NCBI GenBank assembly: GCA_963675525.2
Contig: CAXXSL010000006.1
Coordinates: 1-10,955 of the forward strand
DNA from: Anaerohalosphaeraceae bacterium
GTDB taxonomy: Bacteria > Planctomycetota > Phycisphaerae > Sedimentisphaerales > Anaerohalosphaeraceae
DNA length: 10,955 bases
Direction: 5' to 3'
Shown here in pieces: positions 1 through 7,500 of the stretch. The notes below the pieces were generated by a model. It saw only the letters and a list, made by a program, of their open reading frames with translations, did no database searches and was not told the origin of the DNA. The position numbers were made by a program, and so were the translations under genes. How positions within the stretch are numbered: position 1 is the first letter of the stretch; every line of letters starts with the position of its first letter.

Positions 1-166
1 CCAAAATCACCGTCCGGCCCAATACCAGCACCCAACTGTCATGCCCGCAAAACCCCGTCAAATACCGTACGTTCTCAACCCCCATCACGACCAGTCCGTC
101 AACCTTCAAATCATGCATCTGCTGACGAACGGCCTTAACCCGCCTGCGAATTTCAACAATATCCAT
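1..166 (-). CDS. Xaa-Pro aminopeptidase/dipeptidase (M24B family), N-terminal creatinase-like domain; partial, runs off the window edge
   Basis: Manual translation from the ATG at 166-164 gives MDIVEIRRRVKAVRQQMHDLKVDGLVVMGVENVRYLTGFCGHDSWVLVLGRTVIL with no stop. The early 'R...vr..m....vdglvv...NVRYLTGF.G' pattern is typical of the aminopeptidase P N-domain. GGAGA lies just upstream (complement of 172-176). Confidence 0.85.
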   Translation of the reverse strand, partial: MDIVEIRRRVKAVRQQMHDLKVDGLVVMGVENVRYLTGFCGHDSWVLVLGRTVIL

Positions 167-219
167 GTATTTCTCCGTTCATTCCGATAAAAACATCCTT
201 TAGGCTACGGTCTCCTCAT

Positions 220-248
220 ACCATAATCAAACGAAAAATTAAATTCAA
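220..248 (-). promoter_or_regulatory. Putative sigma70-type promoter for the aminopeptidase gene
   Basis: Minus strand TTGAAT (248-243), 17-nt spacer, TATGGT (225-220). Confidence 0.45.
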
Positions 249-274
249 AAATGCTAAAATTCCCGGCGGCTCAT

Positions 275-303
275 TTGCCCTTGGCCGAATTGTATCTTAT
301 CTT
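275..303 (+). promoter_or_regulatory. Putative sigma70-type promoter driving the candidate sRNA
   Basis: TTGCCC (275-280), 17-nt spacer, TATCTT (298-303). Predicted start near 310. Confidence 0.5.
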
Positions 304-309
304 TTTATT

Positions 310-449
310 AGTGGAGAAATGAAGCGAAAAAAAAGAAGCTTTAAAAGAAAACGACTTTCAAGACAATCTCCTCTCCTGTCTTTTCCTTGCACGGACGCAC
401 GACGGGGTAAGTGTTCGCTGGGGGCGAGTGCTTACCCCGTTCTTTTTTT
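310..449 (+). ncRNA. Candidate stand-alone small RNA of about 140 nt with a CU-rich hairpin loop
   Basis: Bounded by a promoter (275-303) and a strong terminator (402-449). Hairpin AAGACA (360-365)/TGTCTT (377-382) encloses the loop ATCTCCTCTCC. The downstream gene has its own promoter after the terminator. I do not recognise a known Rfam family. Confidence 0.5.
402..449 (+). terminator. Intrinsic (rho-independent) terminator
   Basis: ACGGGGTAAGTGTTCGCT (402-419) pairs with GGCGAGTGCTTACCCCGT (423-440): 18 pairs, four of them G:U, which only form in the plus-strand RNA. TCTTTTTTT follows. Confidence 0.85.
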
Positions 450-453
450 ATCC

Positions 454-482
454 TTGTCCAATCCTCACAATCCCTGTACAAT
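454..482 (+). promoter_or_regulatory. Putative sigma70-type promoter for the rhomboid gene
   Basis: TTGTCC (454-459), 17-nt spacer, TACAAT (477-482), directly after the terminator. Confidence 0.6.
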
Positions 483-494
483 ACCCGCAACAAC

Positions 495-529
495 AACTAA
501 GAACTACGAACTAAAAACTAAGAACTTTA
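495..529 (+). repeat. Imperfect heptamer tandem repeat, five units
   Basis: AACTAAG AACTACG AACTAAA AACTAAG AACTTTA, ending 4 nt before the rhomboid ATG. Confidence 0.85.
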
Positions 530-533
530 AATT

Positions 534-1715
534 ATGTTACCGATTCGAACCAGCATATATCCAAAAAAGACGCCCTACGCGAACTATATCCTGATCGCAG
601 TGAATATTCTTCTTTTTATGCTCAGCTATGGCCCGCATCAGATTTACGACCCTTCCATCGGGAAACTATTAGAGCCTTTGCGGTCCTGGGCCCAGCCGTT
701 TCTGCTGTATCCGGACCGCCCGGAGATATGGCAGTTCCTTACGTATGCGTTCCTGCACGCGAATCTGTGGCATATTCTCGGCAATATGTACTTCCTTTAT
801 CTTTTCGGCAACAATGTCAATGACAAACTGGGCAACATCGGCTACCTGTGCTTTTATCTGGCCGGAGCCGTCTTTTCCGGCATCGGAAGCTGCCTGCTGT
901 CGCACAATCCAATTCTCGGGGCCAGCGGAGCCATTGCAGCCGTCACCGGGGCCTATCTGGTCCTGTTCCCAAATACGCTGATTACGGTTGTCTACTGGTT
1001 TATCTTTATCGGGACCATTGAGATACGTGCTCTGTTCTTCATCGCGTTCAAGCTGATCGTATGGGACAACATCATCGCCGCTGATCCCGGTCAGGGCATC
1101 GCTTACAATGCTCACCTGGCTGGATACGGTTTCGGCATTTTCGCCATCCTCGGTCTGCTGGCCGTCGGCCTGGTCGAAAAAGATTTCAATGACCTCTGGT
1201 CCATGATCCGCCAGTGGAACCGGCGGCGAAAATTCCGGGATGTCGTTTCGGCCGGCTATGATCCCTATGCAGGCGGCAGCCGCAAAAAAATCGACGCCAC
1301 GATTCAGAATGCAAAACCGTCCGAAAAGGAAAATGCCATCCTCGACCTGCGATCTCGCATCAGTCAGGCTGTGACCAACCGCGCATCCGGCGAAGCCGCC
1401 CGGCTGTATCTGGAACTGATCGCTATCGACGACACACAGGTCATGCCCCGCCAACTTCAGCTCGATATCGCCAACCAGCTCATGGCCGATGGCAAATGGT
1501 CCGAGTCTGCCGTCGCGTACGAAAAATTCCTGAGCCAGTACCAAAGCTACGAGTTCGGCGAACAGGTCCACCTCATGCTGGGTCTGCTCTACGCACGCTA
1601 CCTCAACCGCCCCGAAGAAGCCCTCCAGCAACTGAAACTGGCCGAAGCCCGGCTGACCGACGCCGGCCAGAAAGACCTGTGTAAACAGGAAATAAAACGC
1701 CTCGAAAACAGCTAA
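534..1715 (+). CDS. Rhomboid-family intramembrane serine protease with C-terminal TPR-like helical domain
   Basis: Motifs FLHANLWHILGNM, GASG (catalytic Ser131, codon 924-926) and AHLAG (catalytic His194, codon 1113-1115), with several hydrophobic segments. The C-terminal ~130 aa are TPR-like (QLDIANQLMADGKWSESAVAYEKFLSQY...VHLMLGLLYARYLNRPEEALQQL). Confidence 0.93.
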   Translation: MLPIRTSIYPKKTPYANYILIAVNILLFMLSYGPHQIYDPSIGKLLEPLRSWAQPFLLYPDRPEIWQFLTYAFLHANLWHILGNMYFLYLFGNNVNDKLGNIGYLCFYLAGAVFSGIGSCLLSHNPILGASGAIAAVTGAYLVLFPNTLITVVYWFIFIGTIEIRALFFIAFKLIVWDNIIAADPGQGIAYNAHLAGYGFGIFAILGLLAVGLVEKDFNDLWSMIRQWNRRRKFRDVVSAGYDPYAGGSRKKIDATIQNAKPSEKENAILDLRSRISQAVTNRASGEAARLYLELIAIDDTQVMPRQLQLDIANQLMADGKWSESAVAYEKFLSQYQSYEFGEQVHLMLGLLYARYLNRPEEALQQLKLAEARLTDAGQKDLCKQEIKRLENS

Positions 1716-1837
1716 AAAACACCTTTTTAAGCGTTCTTGACACTTGGGGGGAATCTTCAGCCCAAACCCCAAAAAACACTGGAGATTCGGGACCAAACTG
1801 GTCGAAGAAATTCATAATCGGCGCTGTTGGAAAATAT

Positions 1838-1866
1838 TTGACAACTGCGCGGGGCAGTGATAACCT
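1838..1866 (+). promoter_or_regulatory. Putative sigma70-type promoter with extended -10
   Basis: Perfect TTGACA (1838-1843), 17-nt spacer, TAACCT (1861-1866), with TG at 1858-1859. Confidence 0.65.
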
Positions 1867-1929
1867 GACTTAATTATGAATGTGACGATGAAACCCGAAA
1901 AAATACCGATGCGATTGGGAGATAATACC

Positions 1930-3246
1930 ATGCGTTCAACAAAATTATTAATGCTTGCTGTACTTATCATGATCACCGGTTTGGTCATTCCGGCACTTGC
2001 AGCCGAGGAACCGACCGAATCAGCCAAACCCCTAAAAGTCGCCGGAAAACCCGCCGATGCGGAATATCCCTTTGTCGCCCAGGTTACCGGGACCGATATC
2101 TACGTCCGCTCCGGCAACAGCACCGCCGATTACCCCTGTACAAAGATCAGCACCCCTGATACCGTCACGGTAGTTGATGAAGTTTTCGGATGGGCCAGGA
2201 TCCTGCCGCCGGTAGGCTGTTATTCATGGGTCTATAAAGCCTATGTCAAACTAGACCCTTCCGACCCCACCATCGGCGTGATCACCGGTAACAACGTCAA
2301 CGTTTGGGCCGGGGCCGAAAAAATCGAAGCCGGCCGCTCCAGCGGTTCACAAACACAGTTGAACACCGGCGAAGTTGTTACGCTTTTCGCCAAGCAGCCT
2401 GAAACAAGCGAATACTACAAGATCGAACCGCCGACCGGCGCACACTTGTGGGTCAGCGTCGATTACCTCAAATATGTCTCTCAGGTTATTCAGGATAAGC
2501 CTATCGTCATCCCGCCCCGCCCGGACAAAATGGTAACAGATGCCGCGGCTCAGCCATCGGGAGAACAACCTCGTCCGAAGTTCACAAATCTTGATACCGC
2601 CGTTCCGGACCAAACACAGCCGGCGGTAAAGGTCGAGATCAAAGAAGATGTCAAAACACCCGAGCCGGAAAAAGTCGAGGTTCCCAAACTCACCGTCAAA
2701 GAAAACGAACTGATGCAGGAGTGCTATAAGATCGAAGCCGGCATCGACGAAGAACTGAAAAAGTCGATCAATCTGCAGAATTACACCAAAGCGAAAGAGT
2801 CACTCGATAAAGTCAAAGACCAGCCGGATGCCGGAAAAGCCGGCATCTATGCCCAGTATCTGCTCGACCGCATCCAGCGATATGAACTGGCACACGATGT
2901 GACAGAAGCGCTCAAAACACAGGACGCCCAGCTTGAAAAAGCCAAAGCCAATATTGAAAAGGCTCATCAGGATAAACTGAAAAAAATGCCGAAAGAGGTT
3001 AATTTCCTCTATGTCGGAACATTGAAACCGTCACATGTTTACACGTCAAAAACCGGACAAAAGCGTTACATCCTGATCGACGCCACGGGAAAGATTCTGT
3101 GTTACATCATTTCGGCCTCACCGCAAATCGATGCACAATTGCAGCAGAAACTCAACGCAACAGTCGGCATTAACGGCGAGGTCGTCAGCGATGTCAAGTC
3201 GCTGGTGGCGCTGGTGGCCGCGACAGAAATCGAATCCATGCAATAA
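1930..3246 (+). CDS. Secreted protein with two bacterial SH3 (SH3b) domains, Pro-rich linker, helical region and C-terminal beta domain (CT017/Ctad1-like layout)
   Basis: Start moved from 1876 to the ATG at 1930 because GGAG lies 8 nt upstream and a signal peptide follows (MRSTKLLMLAVLIMITGLVIPALA|AEE). Two SH3b-like repeats: VTGTDIYVRSG...WARILPP.GCYSWV and ITGNNVNVWAG...YYKIEPP.GAHLWV. Confidence 0.75.
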   Translation: MRSTKLLMLAVLIMITGLVIPALAAEEPTESAKPLKVAGKPADAEYPFVAQVTGTDIYVRSGNSTADYPCTKISTPDTVTVVDEVFGWARILPPVGCYSWVYKAYVKLDPSDPTIGVITGNNVNVWAGAEKIEAGRSSGSQTQLNTGEVVTLFAKQPETSEYYKIEPPTGAHLWVSVDYLKYVSQVIQDKPIVIPPRPDKMVTDAAAQPSGEQPRPKFTNLDTAVPDQTQPAVKVEIKEDVKTPEPEKVEVPKLTVKENELMQECYKIEAGIDEELKKSINLQNYTKAKESLDKVKDQPDAGKAGIYAQYLLDRIQRYELAHDVTEALKTQDAQLEKAKANIEKAHQDKLKKMPKEVNFLYVGTLKPSHVYTSKTGQKRYILIDATGKILCYIISASPQIDAQLQQKLNATVGINGEVVSDVKSLVALVAATEIESMQ

Positions 3247-3267
3247 CCATTTTATCACTTACATTTT

Positions 3268-3303
3268 AAAACCCCCGTTGCGATATTTCGCCGGGGGGTT
3301 TTT
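3268..3303. terminator. Probable bidirectional intrinsic terminator between convergent genes
   Basis: AAAACCCCCG-ttGCGA-tatt-TCGC-CGGGGGGTTTTT. GC-rich stem with an A run on the left and a T run on the right, between the stops at 3246 (+) and 3312 (-). Confidence 0.85.
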
Positions 3304-3311
3304 GTGTGTTC

Positions 3312-4550
3312 TCAACGACAGTATTGCACCGCCGACTTACCCGCCAAAAAACCGGTCGAAAAAGCGATCTGTAGATTATACCCTCCACAAGGACCGTCAA
3401 CATCAAGCACCTCGCCCGCAAAGAAAAGACCATCGCACAAACGGGATTCCATCGTCTGTGAATCAATTTCGTTGAATGAAACACCGCCCCGTGTAACGGT
3501 TGCCTTTTCCAGCAAACCGCTGCGAATCAGTGTCAGCGGCATTGCTTTGATCGCTTCGATGAGTTGTTGACGCTGCTGTTTAAGAAAGCCGCTTGCCGGA
3601 GCTGGCTGCGAACCGCAACTGGAATGCTGCAAAAAAGAAGCTAACCGTTTCGGAAACCAATCCGAAAGCACACCGGAAATCTCTTTTTTCGGATTTGCCG
3701 CACATCGTTCGATCAGTCTCAATGAGAGTTCTTCTCGGTTCAGCTCCGGCAGAAAATCAATGGTCACCTCAACCGCTTCCTGGTGATTCAGTAATTCAGC
3801 CGCAATCCGGCTGACATCGAATACCACCGGGCCTCCGACCCCTTCATCAGTAAAAACGATTTCGCCCGAAAACGTTTTTGCTTTTGACTTGCCCTTCAAA
3901 CGAATCAGAACACGCGGCAAACTCAGTCCCTGCAAACTTCCCGGCCAGCTTTCACGAGCGACCATGGGGCATAATATCCCAACCGGTGAAACGATTGTAT
4001 GTCTGAACTGTTCGACCAAGCGATAACCATCGCCGGTCGAACCCGTCTGCGGCCAGGATTTTCCGCCAGTGGCAACAAGAATCGCCCGGCAGGAATAACG
4101 ATCGTTTCCAGCTTTCATAACAAAATGATCCCCGCCCTTTTCAACGGTCCCAAGCGGTCGATCGCAGACAACTGTCACACCGGAGCGACGCATCTGTTCG
4201 ATGAGAATTCGACAGACATCTGCGGCCTGTTCAGACACAGGAAAAACACAGCCGGACCTGTCCGTATAAGTTTTCAATCCACGTTGATGAAAAAAGGCCA
4301 AAGTTTCTTCAGGGGAAAACGCGTAGAAAGCGGGCTTTAAGGTATGGCCGTAAGGCTGACAGGCCCGCACAAAATCATCAATACTTCCGGCATGGGTCAG
4401 ATTGCACCGCCCTCCACCGGTCATCCGCAATTTCCGCCCGGGAACGGCGTTTTTCTCAAGCACACAGACGCTGGCCCCCTCTTCTCCAGCCGCAATTGCC
4501 GCCATCATACCCGCCGGTCCGGCCCCGATAATGCAAAGATCATTGTGCAT
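3312..4550 (-). CDS. NAD(P)/FAD-dependent oxidoreductase, HI0933/YhiN/BaiN family flavoprotein
   Basis: Family motifs IIGAGPAG, GRKLRMTGGGRCNLT, ATGGKSWPQTGSTGDGY, VTRGGV and LFFAGEVLDVDGPCGGYNLQIAFSTG. Confidence 0.95.
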   Translation of the reverse strand: MHNDLCIIGAGPAGMMAAIAAGEEGASVCVLEKNAVPGRKLRMTGGGRCNLTHAGSIDDFVRACQPYGHTLKPAFYAFSPEETLAFFHQRGLKTYTDRSGCVFPVSEQAADVCRILIEQMRRSGVTVVCDRPLGTVEKGGDHFVMKAGNDRYSCRAILVATGGKSWPQTGSTGDGYRLVEQFRHTIVSPVGILCPMVARESWPGSLQGLSLPRVLIRLKGKSKAKTFSGEIVFTDEGVGGPVVFDVSRIAAELLNHQEAVEVTIDFLPELNREELSLRLIERCAANPKKEISGVLSDWFPKRLASFLQHSSCGSQPAPASGFLKQQRQQLIEAIKAMPLTLIRSGLLEKATVTRGGVSFNEIDSQTMESRLCDGLFFAGEVLDVDGPCGGYNLQIAFSTGFLAGKSAVQYCR

Positions 4551-4563
4551 AAATGTTTGCCGA

Positions 4564-7500
4564 TTAATTTTTCTTTTTAAATATATCCAGCGGTTGCTTT
4601 AACACGGACAGATAGACCGCATCAACCTGCGGACTGTTCAGGTCCCCCCGTATTTGAACTTTCCAGATAGCAGAACCGATTCCCCGTGTAAGCAAATCCA
4701 GAATCGTATCTTCCTTGCCCATCAATCGGTCGAACGCCACCAGGTCCATCTGAATCTGTTTCCGCTCCCAATCCAGTTCGCCCGTCCCTCGGAACACCAG
4801 CGGTTTGCCGGCCATTCGGACATCGTCAAAAATAAGTTTACTGCCGCGGATGAGGGCCTTAAAATCAACCTCACTGAAAACAAAGTCATCTGCACGTTTA
4901 AACTGCATAGCCGTTAGAATTTTCCCAAGCACCGATTGCTGTCCCAGTTTCATGTTAATGACATGTGATGAAATGTTGCCATTGGCTTCATGCGTTGACT
5001 GCAATATACCTTCCACATTTAGCGCACCATAGGCTAATCCCTGTGTCACATGATCCGGTTCATCAGTCCGTTCCCCCGCCAGCAATCGACCAACCTCAAC
5101 AGCATCGATCGACAATCCCAGCCTGTAGGGCGTTTGTTTTTCATTGCTCAGTTCAATTTCGAGCGAGCCGGCAATTTTTCCGCCATACAAATATCCGGCA
5201 AATTCCCTGCTATGCAAAAGTGTCGTATTGGGGTCATACACCAGCTTTCCATCGAGGTCGGAAATCAACCAGTCTCGGTATTTGAACCGATCCAGCTTAT
5301 AATCGGCAGTCGTCTGCCATATGTTTTTGTCGCGGTCAACCTTCAGAGTTCCCTGAATCACACCATCAATGTCTGTCACAACACCGGTATGCCCACCGGC
5401 TACATCCTTACAGGTGATCGACCCGGTAACATCCATGCGCTCCAACCCGCCGGGGCCCATCCGGGCAGCGCCTTTATCAAGGTCGAGATCGATCACGCCC
5501 CGGGGTTCAATACCACGGTATATCGTTTGCAGCCCGCCCTTCAAAAGCTCTTCCGGCAGTGATTCCAATAATATCCCGTTCAATGAAAAACCGTCAAACA
5601 AAACAGTATCGGCTTTCACATGAAGCGTTCCGTCGGCAATACCGATCTTGTCAGCATCCCACACGAACGGGTTTTGAAAACAGCGAATCACAAGATCCGT
5701 CGAGGGACACAACTCCGTCGTTATGTTCAGGGCCAACTTTCCCTGAATATCCGTTCGGCCGCGAACCTGAAGTTTTCCGAGAATATCTTTGGCGTCCTGT
5801 CCGGCGGCATTCCAGAATGCTTCATTTAAATCAAACTGAGCGAGGTTTATATCTAAACACACACCCGGCCGCAGGGGGTCGATCACATTCGGTGACAGCT
5901 TTCCGCTCATACGAACATGACCGCCTCCTGTATGTGCCTCAAATTCACGCAGCAAAACATCATCCTGCGTAATATCGGCCTTTAAATGTACCTGCTCCAT
6001 CGCCAACGGAAACCCCTTATACAGCAGGTAATCGCCATCAAGCAGAACTTTGGCGATATAATCCACCGGGCGTTTACCCACCACATTTGGAAAAACCTCT
6101 ACGTCGACATCCGCAACGGCACTTAACGTCAGCCTCTCAAAAAAGGCCCGTTGTGAACGCGGCATTGCATAGACCAGCAATTCGTCAACGGGAATCTGTT
6201 TAGCATTCACAAATATCCGATACCGCGGTTTCTCGCTGCCGATTTCCAAAACCTGACCATTGAGCGTCACTTTTCGCATATCGTCATAATGCGCCACAAG
6301 TTCTTTTAACTCAACGCGATCCGTCTCCATGATAACCATGCCCGTCAAATGCTCCAGCGGATACGGAAATCGCTCATAGATCAATCCGGCATCGATCAAA
6401 TCCAGTTTCAGGCTCATCGCTTTGGTACCGTCCGAATGCCGCTGAAAATGATAATCGATGCCCGTCGTCCCCTGCGGGGAAAACGAATACCAGACACGTT
6501 TAAGCTTTTCATTCAGCGCCTTGTAAAGATCGGGGTCAAACTGCATATTCGAACTGGTTGTTCGAAGATCAATTTCAGCTTTTGAACCTATATTCTTAAT
6601 CGAACCGTCAATCAGCAGTTCCACCTCGCCGTGCCTGGCCGCCAGTTGATCGAGTTTGAGATTCCGCCCCGAAAATTCGATCGGTCCCTGAAGGTGCTCG
6701 AGCAAATAAGGAAATTTATTATCATAAACTGAAACATCACGGCAAAAAATCACACCGTTGAGTTCGGTCGTTGAAAGATCGTCTAAATTCCCTTTGATTA
6801 AAAGTTTAATGTCCCCGATACCGGTAGGATGATATTGCGTCAAAAACTTTTTAAAACCCGGGTCCAGACGTTCTAAAACAGGTTCACTGTAAACAACGGC
6901 ATTTTTTTCGTAATGATCCGATAACCGGAGTCGCTCGATATTCAAATCCACATTTAACTCTCGATGTCCCCGCATGTCTTCAGAAATCGTGCCCCGAAGG
7001 TCGGCCTGACCCTGTCCCATCGAAAATCGGCAGCGGTTTAAAACAATTTCCCGTTCATCAAATTCAAATTGCAATTGAACATCATTTAAGTTCCAGGCGT
7101 TGTCAAATACCGTTGTTTGCGGCATTTGAATTTTTCCTTCTGCGAAAAACAGGTTCTTTTGGCCGGGACCTCCCATTTTTAAACGACCTTGTAAAGTACT
7201 GCCTCCAAACCCAAATCGCCCGTCTGTCGCAAATGAAAAATGATATTCGTGGATATCCGACTGAACGGTCGTTTGGCCATTCAAACTGACCTGGGTAATG
7301 ATCTCCGGCGATTGACCGTCTTTCTTCCGGCGAACTCGTAACGCACCGCCGCGAACATCCACCAACGGGACTTTCATGTCCGCATCAGAAGAACCCCGAA
7401 AGGAAAGACGCTGAAAATTCCATTGATCCGCTTGAACATCATAGTCGGCGTTCACAAGGAAATCTTTTAACAAAATGGAGCTGACTTCAAATTTTCCCCG

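Noticed and set aside
323..449. Antiterminator pairing of 328-337 (AAAAAAAGAA) with 440-449, and of 323-328 with 414-419; known riboswitch classes
   Set aside because: The pairings are low-complexity, mostly A:U, and too weak to compete with an 18-pair stem. No recognisable riboswitch consensus is present.
319..594. 91-aa Lys/Arg-rich ORF (MKRKKRSFKRKR...) as a leader peptide or attenuator, including an A8 slippery run at 327-334
   Set aside because: GGAG is only 2 nt from the ATG. The ORF runs through the terminator, the next promoter and the heptamer repeat, and overlaps the rhomboid gene out of frame. The basic residues simply reflect A-rich sequence. Ribosome profiling would be needed to revive it.
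1737..1772. Second TTGACA (1737-1742) and a TTGGGG...CCCCAA hairpin after the rhomboid stop
   Set aside because: No -10 element at suitable spacing. The stem is short with a large loop and has no U-tract on the plus strand.
669..1796. 375-aa antisense ORF over the rhomboid gene
   Set aside because: Shadow ORF opposite a well-supported gene, with no recognisable motifs.
1876..1929. Longer N-terminus for the SH3 protein as given by the ORF track
   Set aside because: The SD and the signal peptide both fit the ATG at 1930. Position 1876 lies only a few bases after the predicted transcription start.
3131..6585. Numerous short overlapping ORFs, mostly plus-strand, across the SH3 gene end, the terminator, and the flavoprotein and AsmA-like genes
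   Set aside because: They overlap well-supported genes and lack RBS or domain evidence.
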